Positions 43,631-55,515 of a DNA stretch of 64,000 bases are shown here, one piece after another. A model generated the notes under the pieces. It had not been told where the DNA came from. It did not search any database and worked only from the letters and a program-made list of their open reading frames with translations. Source of the DNA: Cercozoa sp. M6MM (taxonomy: Eukaryota > Protista > Endomyxa: Ascetosporea); the NCBI GenBank assembly GCA_040357565.1, contig JBDODJ010000003.1. One strand, written 5' to 3'. Position 1 is the first letter of the stretch. Every line of letters starts with the position of its first letter. A program made the translations under genes and the position numbers.

Positions 43631-45840
43631 TCACTCTTCGGCGTCCTCGTCATCGGAAGACGACTCACTGTCCGAGTCGCTGTCACTGTCGCTGCTTTCC
43701 TCCTCAGCGGCGGCGTCTTCCTCCTCGTCCTCGTCCTCCTCGCTTTCCTCTTCGGACTCAGCCTTCTTCTCGTCCTGCTCTACCTCGGCGTCGGCGAACT
43801 CGACGCGCGCCGTCTGCGCGTTGCCCAGTTCCGTGGCCAGCTCCTGATTCTACAAGCAAAAAGGAAGTGTGAAGAGATTTGCTTGAAACAATGGAAATAC
43901 CCGCACGGCAGCATCGGCTTGCGCGAGGGCAACGTTGACACGGCCTTGCAGACGCATCAAACGCGGCAACTGCTGCGTCCGTCTTTCGAGTGTCGCATGC
44001 AGTGTACTACGTAGAGGGAAAAGTTAACTATCGAAAGGGTAAGGTAAAGAAAGACATGACATACGCCAGAATTGTGCGTGCCTTTTCGCTTTGCAGCAGA
44101 AGTGCGAGGTGTCGATGCAGAACAGCTGCCCAGACATCATCGTATTGGAAGAGGAACATGAAAATAGGGAGGGGAGACAAGGTACACTGCAGCCACATAG
44201 AGAGAGCCGGCGCACGCGCAGGCGTGACCTGCAGACGGCGGGCCACCTGCTCGAGCAGCGGAATGACGTGCATGGCCTCAAGTCGGTCCACTGTAGCCAC
44301 GATGACGCCGCTCTTGACACCGGGACGCAGCACGGTCTCGAGTGCCACCGAGTCGTCGCTACGCAGTGCCTGTACCAGCAGGGCGTGCAACGACGCCGCC
44401 GTCGGTCGGTCGGCCTCGCGCTTCTCGCGCTCCTGTCGCTGCAGGTCGGCGAGTCGCTGCAGGCGTGCCGCCAACGTCTCCTCCTGCGGCGACGCCTCCT
44501 CTTCGAGCAGTGAGCCCAGCGTCGTGGCCAGCGGCGCACTCGAGAGCTCCTGCACGGCGCCGCGCTTCTGCCGCCCCTGCTCTTGCTGCGAGGCCTTGAG
44601 TTTCTTGCTCGACACGGCCACATCGACTTCGGCCAGTGCAGCGTCCTCGAGCGGTAGCGTTTCGCACTTGATGCCCATACCGGCGCGACGTGCCAGCAGC
44701 ATGCTGCCGCTCAGCACGGCCACGTTGACGACAGCGCCGCGCGATGCGTCCGACGGCACGGCAAAGGTAACCGTGGCCAGCTTGGACTGCGTCAGTTTCG
44801 TCACAGTCTTCTTCTTGGCCTTGCCCTTCTTGGCCTTCTTCTTGCTCTTCTTGAGTGCCGTCGAGTAGGCCACGGCGGTGGAGGACTGCGTCACGGCGCC
44901 CACCTTATCCTGACTGCACGACACGGCCACGGCAGGCGAGTCCAGTTCAAGTGTGCCCACGGCGTCGGTCTGACCCGGCAGCCACACCGAGAGAGAACGC
45001 TCGTCCAGAGCGCCCGTCACCAGAAGGTTACTGGCACCAAAGGCGGCCACCTGCACCTTGGTAGAGTGGCCCACGAAGCGGTGCTGCAGGTGCCAGTCCT
45101 TCGTGTTCAGCAGCATCACACCTGTGCCGCACACGGCCAACAAGCTTTCGTCTTTCGACACCGCGAGGAGCGACGCCTGTGATCAAACACAAACACAGAT
45201 CAGAGAGCTAATCACAAAGGGTGGTTGGACGACTCACATCGCCCGGTGCCGCGGCCGCTTCTTGCGACAAGTCCTGCGAGCGCACGAGCGCATTCGACGA
45301 GAGATCCCACTCCGACAACACCTGCTCAACCAAAGCGACCGCACATTTAAAGGCGAAGTTATCAGTTTGGGTTGGGTCAACGCAAAGCAAAACTTACGTG
45401 AGCACTCGAGAGCGCGAGCAACTTGCCTCTGCAGAAAGCAAGCGACACAATAGCATCACCAGTGTCACCGAGCAACTGAGTTTCGCCGTCATCCACGCGG
45501 AAGACAGCAATGCGACCGTCGGCTCGACCTGCCGCCGCAAGTTTCGCTGTATCACGGGAGCGCTTCTTGCCCGTCTCCGAGCCGCTAACTCCGGCAACTG
45601 CGACGCACGTGTACTGCTGCGAGAGGTTGCCCTTCTCGGCCATGTCGCACAGCTGCTCGCTCTGTAAGCATGCATTAGATCAAGTGTCACCGTTCAGCGG
45701 CGGAGTTTGATCAGAAAACAGCATACGCGCGCATCGGCCGTAAAGAAACGCAGTCGTCGATCAGCGCCGAGTGTGGCGAGTGACCTGGGAGATTCGCCCA
45801 GTTCACACGGCGCGAAACTCGTGTGCAGTGACGACGTCAT
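43631..45840 (-). CDS. WDR43: WDR43/Utp5 (SSU processome t-UTP): WD40 + Utp12 domain + acidic tail
   Basis: RFVGHSTKVQVAAF, SLHALLVQALRSDDSVALETVL, IVATVDRLEAMHVIPLLEQVARRLQ...LSMWLQ, D/E/S tail ending in TGA. Confidence 0.85.
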
Positions 45841-46172
45841 GTGATCGTGGACTCACGCAAGCACCACCAGACCGCTCGCTGCGTTCTACGCGCACCAATG
45901 GCTTTCTTGCTGGCTACAATTTGAGCAATCGAATTTTTTAAAAAAACAGTAATATCTCCGTGTCTAACATTTGTTGGCTGTGAGTGTGTGCCAAGTCCAT
46001 TTTTGATTTATATAAGCACAGGACTACGTGATCAACAGGGTAAGTCCGGGCGTTTTCTGGGGCAAGCCGTCGGATTGGCACGTGGTTTTCGTGATTCAAA
46101 TATTCATGTTTGTTGGTGCCAATTGGCGTTTCTCATGTCGGCTTAAACTTGTCCCATTTCTTTAGCAAGACA

Positions 46173-47877
46173 ATGCCGACACTCCCACACGTGCATCTCG
46201 ACAGCTTGTTCGAGCTGCTAGGTACACCTGCCCATTCCAAATGAGGAATATCGATGTCGGTATTTTGCTTGTTGAATGTCTAGGCTTCTTCAATTTTCAA
46301 GAGGTTCTAGAACACGCCGCGAGTGATCTTTCTGATGATGACTTGATGAGCACACGTACCAAAGACTCAAAGCGCAAGGTCAGAAAGAGCGACAAGCTGC
46401 TCAGCACGTACACGCGAGAGGAGCTGTTGCAAGCGCTTGAAGGCTCCGGTATGCTTGCGGAACTGCAACGACACGGCTACGCGCACCTCGACCTGCGCAT
46501 CGATGTGTACACTTTTTTCACCTTGGTTTGGTCAAGATATTCGTATTTTTCACCCTTTGTGTTGTTGCAGGAGCGACCCGTTTGTGCACCGGTTGGTCTT
46601 GACGGATGAATCGCTTGCTGGACAAACCGAGCAAGATCGCAACATTCTCGACGGTCACTTTCGACGTCAAAACAACATGCGTTTTTCTGACCTGAAGCTC
46701 TTTGACTCCAACAACGTATGTTCCTTTCCATTCACCCGTTCACCAATTGCCCCTTGCTTTCTTTCTTCGATATTAAAGCTTGAGGGACACAGGCGTTTCC
46801 GGTGCGACCGCAGACGCAGGATTTTTTGAACAAAGAGTTCGGCGACATGGTGCTGAACGCCACAGTGATTGAGTTCTTGCGACTGCAAAACCCACGTGCT
46901 CCTCTTGACCAGTCACGTGCACTCCCGGTACTACACAGATCTCCGCAAGTTTAACTGTGCACCCTACAACGGTGATGTTTGTGTTCAGGGTCAGTTGCAC
47001 CCCGGACTCGGTGTGTTTCGCACCTTCACGCGCGTGATGGTGAGCGCCGCTTTGCGCAGCAAGCGCGACTGTTTGCTCAACCACCCCGACTTCTTCCACA
47101 ACGTACCCTCGCCTTGTACCCTACAATTTGCCCAAGGGGATGTATCCTTTGTTTCTGTACGTGCATAGGCGTATATCAACTCGGCCGGTGGCTGTGTCTT
47201 CGTGAATCCCGACATGCAGGCGCTATTCGAAATTCTCGTTCGTGATTTGGAGCCCGTCATTCAAAAGTATCGCACTTGCTGTCCCCTACCCCACTATATC
47301 TTTGTATTTGGCATCCAGAAAAGGTCTGGGTGCCGTGAGTTTCGCGTGCAGTCGTGGCGACATCGTTGCGCTCGCCGGTGCCTCTTGGCTGCTGCCGGAA
47401 AACACCCTGCCTGACCGCCCCGACAGCAACACGTTTGTGTGGCCCAAGTGCGTTTGTTTGTACCTTCCCTGTTGTTGCTTAACCGCCTTGTCTCTGTGCA
47501 CAGGCATCAGGAGCAGATCTTCCCGATTGCACCGACACTCGTGAGCAAGTTCTCGCGCAACAGTGCCTACAGACGCCGTGTTGATTCACTAATCGCTACT
47601 CTGCCGACGGTATCACTTCTAACTATCCTTGTGTCGATGCATGGCATCGTTTACTCGAGTGCAGAAGATGTTCATGACGCGTGCTGAGTTCGAAAAGATG
47701 ACCGCGAGCGAGGACGCGGCGGCCTCCACGACGCTGCACGTGTCGAGTTCGTCGGAACGGCACCGCAGTCACGACAGCGACAGTTTTGTCGATCGGCGCG
47801 TTCGGTATCGCTTGAAGCGCAGTGGCAGTGTGACGGATCGACTGCCTCGCATTTTCCGCTGGCTGTTCGAGCGATAG
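46173..47877 (+). CDS. Uncharacterised protein resembling a bacterial 'LQNPR...PGQxHPGLG' family
   Basis: Spliced frame KLLSTYTREELLQALEGSGMLAELQRHGY..., VIEFLRLQNPRAPL...PGQLHPGLGVFR, LLNHPDFFHNAY, FVNPDMQALFEILVRDL. Confidence 0.75.
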
Positions 47878-48110
47878 AATGACCCCCCTTGATTTATTCG
47901 ATTGCGTTCCCGCCTTTTTCCAAAGTTTCAAAACGGGGGGAACTGGCGTTGAATCCTACAGTGTCGATAGCTGTGGTGTAACTAAAAACGCGTCGGCAAT
48001 CAAACGCAACTATCGTATCCTCTTGAGTTATTCTGGTCTCAACTTGGTGAAGGCAGTACAGTATTGGCGTTAGCGGGTGTGCCTAGCAGTGTGCGCATAC
48101 GGAGATCACG

Positions 48111-49021
48111 ATGGGTGTGGTTAGAGGCCGTGAGGCGATCACGCGCAGCTTCAGATTCCTCGCCCAGGCAGGTATCGAGATCATCTTTTTGCTTGCGCAA
48201 ACAATGCTCGGTTTGTCTGTTTAGTCGAAGGACTCGAACAGCACGCTGTCGATGAGCTGCATGACTGTTTGGCGTGCAGTTCCGACCCTGCCTCGTTTAA
48301 CATGGAGAACGTCGAGATATGTGAGTTCCGATACTTCAGCGCACCTGTTAAGAGTCACGAGGGTTTCTTGCAGTGGGTGTCGGCTTCTTCGTGTTTGATG
48401 TGCCTGTTGGCGAGCCAAATGCGAAACGACGCAAGCTATCCGAGCAGACAGAGAGTGTTGAAGACGGTGCTGACACTGCGAGTACTGACGAGAATGACGC
48501 TGACAATCTGAGCATCTTGTGTGAGCTTATGCGTCGACTCGCTCGTTCTCAGTGCTGCGCCCGTATCTGTGCTCTGGCATACGAGTGCAAACTAGTCGAT
48601 ATCAATGCTGCCAAGGAGGAAGCTATGGATGTGCTGCGACAAGGTATCTATCTTAATTCCCTTTCTTTATCCGTGGGTTATTCCTTACGACTGCAGCCGC
48701 CAAGGAAAGTGACTTTGACGATGCACGTCGGTTGTGGAAGGCCATGGTACTATCGCACGAACAGCCACTGTCACGTGCCGCCAATCCGAGCATCATTGCG
48801 CGCTACCGAAAAAAGCACCGCAAGGGCAAGTCGGGCGATATCGATCTCGACAAACCGCTGTTCCGCGTCACTGTAGGTTCCGCTGTTTGCTTTCCCCCCC
48901 CCCCCCCCGCGCGTGGATGTCCTATGTTATGGCAGTGCGACAGAGTGACGAGCATGAAACTCGAAAAGCAAAGTGGCGGCAGTTTCAAACATAGGTATAT
49001 ATCAACCTTCTTCTCATAACA

Positions 49022-49077
<56 letters not shown>

Positions 49078-49494
49078 AGATAGATCCCCTTCCTTTTTTT
49101 CTCTCAGCTTTCAGTCACCCGACGTCGCCATGGCAGTCGGTGTCGCGCTTCGCCAAAAAGACGCCGACCTATGGAACGCTTCCCTCAGTTTGCCCGATCT
49201 TACGGTGCTTAGTCTGCATCCCTGACTATGCTCGATTACCCAACTTTTCTCCTTGACTGTAGGTGTACACACTGGTGCTGGACGACCGCGTGTTCTTGTG
49301 TGTATCGCTGTACTGCGAGATGTGGACGCGTGTCTTCACGACGGACGGTTTGAAGGCCCACCTGGCGCACAGTCTCGTGCGACGCACGCGTATGCTCGAG
49401 ATGGCTCGCCAGCTGCAGGGTAGCAAAGTTTTGGTGTTTGGGGTGCAACTGGGATGCATGCATATGCTATATACTTAAACATACACACACACAT

Positions 49495-49527
<33 letters not shown>

Positions 49528-50445
49528 TTACTAACATCAACTACAGATGTGCGTGAGTATATATATATAAATTTGTGCGTACACCTCCCAGTATATCTAC
49601 ATCAATATCTAAATATCTATTACATATTTTATTTCTGTCTGCTTTATAATGTTATCTTGATGTATGTGCCATGTATAGACGACAGCGAGCCGCTGCAGTG
49701 CGTCGACGTCATGTGTGGACTTGGCACGATCCCGCTGTGCGGTGTGCTGCAAGCGCAACGATACCAGTTGACACAGCGCGTGCGATGGCAGGGCGGCGAC
49801 ATTGCGCCCAAGTCCATCAAGAAGGCACAGGAAAATGTGAAGGTACTCTGCCCCTAAACTGAGTCTTGTAGGATTTGTTTGACGAGGTTGTTGCAGTCGC
49901 TTTCGTCTGTTTTTGAAACAAAAGCACCGCAGTTCCAAGTTTGGGATGCCACAGCCCTCCCTCTTGCTGACAAGTCGGTCGATGTGAGTTGTCTTTGTCC
50001 TGTCCCCTTTCCCTCTCTGTTCATTGTGTTGTTTTTGAAACAGCTGATCCTGTGCGATATGCCGTTTGGTCGGCGACACAACAGTCACAAGGCCAACGCC
50101 AAGATGTACCCAAAGGCTCTGCGTGAGTGCAGACGGATCCTGCGGTCACGCGACGATGTGAAACTTCCCGAGGGCACAGGAAACGTGTTCCTGCTTACAC
50201 TCGAACGCAATTTGCTGCACCGATGGTACTTTCTATAGTTTTAAAATACACACCGGAGTGTTAAGCAAATGCTACATCACCTTAGTCTGGCGGAATCGGC
50301 TCCATACTTTGAGGTGATTTCCGATGCTTCCTGTGACGTTGGCGGTTTTCGCCATTGCGCCTTGTTCGAGTTGCGACTCAAGGCAGATGCAGACGCGACC
50401 GAGGCTGATTCGGCTCCTGAGCAAATCGCCGCCGCTATGCCGTAA
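48111..50445 (+). CDS. THUMP-domain RNA (guanine-N2) methyltransferase (THUMPD2/THUMPD3/Trm14 group)
   Basis: VEGLEQHAVDEL, FRVTCDR, FQSPDVAMAVG, DVMCGLGTIP (SAM motif I), GGDI, WDATALPLADKSVDLILCDMPFGRRH. Confidence 0.88.
49024..49072. repeat. (TA)n microsatellite, intronic
   Basis: Directly visible. Confidence 0.97.
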
Positions 50446-50769
50446 CCAACGCAACAAACCAAACAATTGCAATTAAGTCGGGTGCGCGCGGTGTACGTTC
50501 GTAACTGGATTAACGTAAATGAATCGAGACGATGGATCAACAGCATCGCGTCGTCCCGTCGTGCAAGTGACCGACAGGTCGTCGCGTGTGCACGCACAGC
50601 ATGCAGGCAGGTCGCGATCGATCGAACGGAGTAGAGTCGAGATATAGATGTCTCCGGATTATCTTTTCGGATAGCGTAATGCTGTAGTATTGGGGGTCCG
50701 TCCCTTAGTGTTCACACAGAGAGAAAGGACGCTCAAAGTACATGGTGTTATTTTCCTGACGAAATGGGG

Positions 50770-50817
<48 letters not shown>

Positions 50818-50827
50818 NNNNNNNNNN

Positions 50828-50875
<48 letters not shown>

Positions 50876-52327
50876 CGCAAATGTGCCACAGTAAATTTAC
50901 TCCCCGGGATGGTGTTGGAAGAAAGATATTAGTGGATGTCGGCGAGATACTGGCATGGCAGCAAACATCCCGGTCTTGGTCTTTGCCGAGACTCGGTACA
51001 CTGGCTGCAGGCGCTCGTGCCGCTCTGGACTGCCAATGTCAGAAACGAGAGCAAGAAGACGCGCATGATATCAATCGAAAACGCTGTTCAAGCCGAAGGC
51101 TGGATGTCGTTTTACCTCCAGGCTGCAAATCGCCGACGCGAGCCACGCCACAGACACGTCATCGCCAAACAGGGACACACCAACATCTGTAAATTTAAAT
51201 TTAAGTTTACATGCGGTCGTTTTGTCGATCAGCTCGTATCCAGACCCACCACAAGGTGTCGGTGGTTTAATAAAAATTCGTATGCTTATTTGAAGGTTGC
51301 GTTTCTTCCGTCCCTCACAAATGACCTATCCGGGCGTTTACGTTGAGGCATCAGAAACACTTCTCCTACAATGTCTCAACCCACTCAAACGCAACACAAA
51401 ACGATACCGTGCGAGGTGTCTTCATTTTGTGTGGATGCTGGCGATGTATTGATTCTGTGAGTGCAGTCCAATGTCGTTGGGTTCTGTTCACAGTTACTCG
51501 AACAGCTTGATGGTATAGGTGCGTAGGCCTTTTTATGTCCAATGATATGGTAAATTACAGTTTGAGCCTAACTATCGCTGTTGGTTTAATCAGAACATCG
51601 CCTGAAAAAAGTCAACACCCGGAGCTCTGACCGACTCAGACACGTTATTGAGCGAGCAATTTTCGACAGAGAGAGCGAAGAATGAACAGCTTTGTGAGCA
51701 TGCGATGGTGTCTGCCAGTTCGACCAATTGTGCCCCATAGTTTACTGAAAGCCTCGGCAAAATTAGATGTTTTGGCCACTTCTTGTACTTAAATTATGTA
51801 GTGCAAAACTATGTTGCACGTCGTTACTATTCACGACAGGCTCGTTAGTCGCTCTGGTGCGAGAAACTCAGCGCTGAGGCACCTGCAGCACGTAATACGA
51901 CAACAAGGCGCACCCCATCTCCGTCCACTGTCTGATGAACGGCCTCAAGGTTAAGTCGGACGAGTCTAGCGACGGGCTCGTCTGCCGCGCCTGCCGCGTG
52001 CGCCACCTTCTCAGGAGATCGCCACCCCCTCCACCGGGTTGACTTCGTACGGACGGGACCGTCTTAGAACGATCCGCCATTGAGTCGTCTGTGAGCTCGC
52101 TTGCCGGCTAAAAAAATCTCCGACCCTAACGACTACGACTAGGCGTCCGCCGCTTAGTTGTTTAAATAATAACATCAATCAAAGCAAAATACAATCGATC
52201 GGATTGGATTCCTCCGGTATGATCGGCATGAGGCACAGCTAGCGCTATATAGACTGTGCTCCGAGCGGCTCACCACAGCGGGCGCAAGCTCTTGGGTGGC
52301 AGGCTGTCGTCTTATCTAGCTTGTTTT

Positions 52328-53432
52328 TTACTCCACGTCCATGGAGCGGTCCGCAGAGTCTTCACGATCGACGTCGTCGGACTCGTGATCAGAAGAGTGC
52401 GAAATCGCTTGGTTAAGCTTGGCGTTGCGCGTGTTGGTGCGGCCCTTGGAGTTGCGCCGCTCGTTGCGGTCGTGCACCACTTGCTACAGGCACAGTCAAT
52501 TACCAGTACTAGACACGGGGAGACAGACACGCACAGAAGGACACGGTACCCGCATGGTCATCTGGCCATTCTTGAAGAAGAACTCGACGGAGTGCTTGAA
52601 GTTTGCCGAGGCCTTGCCTTGTCGGCCCAGTTGGTTCCAGGCTTGCATCATCACGGCTGGGTACACCTGCAGGTATGAACCATGTGTACACTGAGCAGGT
52701 ACACATCACATAGGCAAGCGGGACCTGCTGAATACGCTCGAGAGCCTTGGTGATGGCGGCCTTGCGCTTGACGCCGTGGAGTTCGGCGCCCTTACGGAAG
52801 AAGAAGGTGACGTGGCCGTTGCCGAGCACCTTGATCTCGCGCAGCGGGAACTCCTCCGGTCCAAGCTGGTTGTCCTTCACGACGCCCGTTGCATTAGCCA
52901 AGGCATCGATGCCGAACAGGTCCGGGGCCAGGTACTGCACACACAAGGTGGCCGCTACCTCTATGTACAAAGTGATTTTAACGCGGAAAACACACATCGC
53001 GCAGGACGATTTCAGAAAGGTGAACGCCATCCGAGGCCTGTGTGCAGATCAGACGATAGACAAAGTGTGCATACATGTACATGAGTGGTAGCACTGATAG
53101 GGACAAGGTACACCAGGCGCATCGTTGGGACGACGCATGTTCTTGCCAATCTCTCTGCCTTTACCCTGCGCAACACACACGCACACACACATACAAACAC
53201 ACACACGCACACATACACACGCACGTATACATACATAGTGCAGACACAGACAGACACAGACACAGACACAGACACAGACACAGACAGAGATTAATGAGAA
53301 CACAACGCACGGAATCAATGGTGAGCGTGACTTCGTGACACTTCTTCTTGCGCAAGTGCTTGTGCACCTTGAGTAGCATCAGTTCTGCCTGTGCAACATG
53401 CAAATCGAGTAAGCAAATCGATGCCAGCAGAG

Positions 53433-53504
<72 letters not shown>

Positions 53505-54589
53505 CATTGCGACCAGTTCGACTGGTCATGCGTAGATCGCGGATGTTCTCTGAGTTCACTTCTTCCTGCGACACCAGCAGAGTCAAGCACATACACCGGA
53601 GGGTGTAACTGCAGTACCAGAGGGACCTTGACTTGGGCCACACAGGTGTCGACAGCGCCCATCTGGTCCTGCGAACAAAACAAGGAAAGCAATCGAGGCA
53701 AACACACACAGTATGTACAGGGAAAGAAGGCTGAGTGGAAGTCACCACGACCAGTTCCTCTTCGCTCTTGGGTGGCTGCAGGTGAATGTTGCGACTTGGG
53801 TGCTCGCGCTCGTCGGCTTCGTACACGACCTCGTCGGTGGTGACCTTGTGGTGGTGGTGCTTGCCGGGAACGATCTCCTCAAAGTCCAGTGTCGCTGCAT
53901 CGTGCAGGACCTTCTCTTCCTCCTCCTCCTTCTGCTTGAAGGACTTGGCCGCCTTCTCTGCACTCAGGGAGCCCTCTCTCTTTCTCAGAAAACAGCCCAA
54001 CACCACGACAACACAAAGTAACGCACTGTTCTTGCTGCTGGACGACTTAAAGACAGCGTCGCCACCGCTTTTCACAGCGGCATTGATGACTTCCTCCCTG
54101 AAAACACACATGTAGGATTCGCTCTACACTTAGTGTCTAGACACAGGAGGTACAAGTTGTCCGAGCGAAGCAGCAGCGTGTTGGCCGTGTCGAGCAGGAT
54201 GTACTCCTTGGCAGCAGGCAGACCCTGGTTAGCAGCAACGCCGTCGATCACCGTTCGCACACCGAGGCGCGGCAAACGCGGCTTCTCTCTGCGCAGACAG
54301 AAAAGCAGCTCGGCATGCTGTACGAGGTCAGTTATTTTTTGTTACTCCTTGCGTTTCTGTCGTCGTGCGGGGCGGCGGCGCAGTGGCGATCGCTCCAAAG
54401 TCTCGTCGAGACTGAGGTCCAGATTCGCCAGCGTGGCGAGTGCTTGCTGCGTGCAACCAGCAATCAAGGTCGGTAGTCAAAAAGATAAAGTCAACGATTG
54501 AAAGCAAAGGGTACAGCTTCCTCCGCAGAGACGTTTCGGCTTTGCTGCCTCAGCAACAGAGAACTTCGGAGAGCTAGGCGTCGTAGCAT
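52328..54589 (-). CDS. Mitochondrial translation initiation factor 3-like protein, expanded
   Basis: Presequence MLRRLALRSSLLLRQQSRNVS; IF3-N-like EYILLDTANTLLLRSDNLREEVINAAVKSGGDAVF; IF3-C-like IRDLRMTSRTGRNEAELMLLKVHKHLRKKKCHEVTLTIDSGKGRE. Confidence 0.6.
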
Positions 54590-54796
54590 TGTGCAAATTT
54601 AAAGAAACAAAGCGCAACTTAGGGAGTGTTGGGCGCTTGTGAGCTGGCGAGCTTGGCACAGGTCGGCGGCCTTTTCTTTTAGCGAAAAACGGCGCTCCTG
54701 CATTGCCTGCAGAAGCACCCAAAGTTAGAGTCTACAGACCGCGCGGCTTCTAGAGATTGCATTGCATTGATGACGCTGTGCAGGATTTCAGACTAA

Positions 54797-55420
54797 GTGG
54801 TCGAGCTGAAACGCATATTGATACCTTTACGTGGCGCCATTTTTTTGGGGACAGTTTGGTTTGGCCTGATGTTCGCGGTCTACGCCAAGTCGTGCGAGAA
54901 GGAATACTTCGCGCGACTAGACCGTTTCGAGTCTGTTCTCATCGGCAGTGGTTTCAACGCGACTCTGAACGTCGAAGGAAGCGAGGCAGTGCATGCCCAA
55001 GTCACACTCGGCAGTGTGCGTTTAAGGTTTTTAATTTGGGGTTGCGGGTAGCATTGTTTTTTGACGTTGCGTATCGCAGCAACCGTTGCTGGAGTGCCGA
55101 GCGGCCAAGGGAATGTTCTGCTGGCCGACGAATGTGCAAGACGTTAGTTTCTATTGTCTGTCTGTCCATGTGTTGATTGGCGTGTGTTGGTTTGCAGGCA
55201 CATGCCGTTGAAAGCGAGGCTGTGCGATTGCCTTGTGCCACTCAAATACCTCTTCGAGCAGGAGCTCGCTTTAAAATTGGAAGGTACGGATTCACTCTCA
55301 ATTCACACTGTTTTTTTTTTTTGCTTTCATTCTTGATGATTTCGCAGTTTGGTGTTTCGTGTCGTGCTGCTGTCGTTGCAAGGAACGAATGCTCCTGGCA
55401 GTTACAATCCGCGCGATTTA
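54797..55420 (+). CDS. Possible small Cys-rich membrane protein (start codon not established)
   Basis: Hydrophobic segment GAIFLGTVWFGLMFAVY; three typical-size GT-AG introns keep a frame to a TAG. There is an in-frame stop just upstream and no clear ATG. Confidence 0.35.
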
Positions 55421-55515
55421 GTCTGCATCGACGCAGTACTATCATGTTATATTCTGGAAGTATTCGCTAGGGGATAGAATAATATTGTTGATGTGTCAAC
55501 TTTTAGGCTCTCGAA

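Noticed and set aside
52123-52131. ACCCTAAC as a telomerase RNA template, and a nearby Sm-like T7 run
   Set aside because: An 8-mer is expected about twice by chance in this window, and no supporting structure or promoter is evident.
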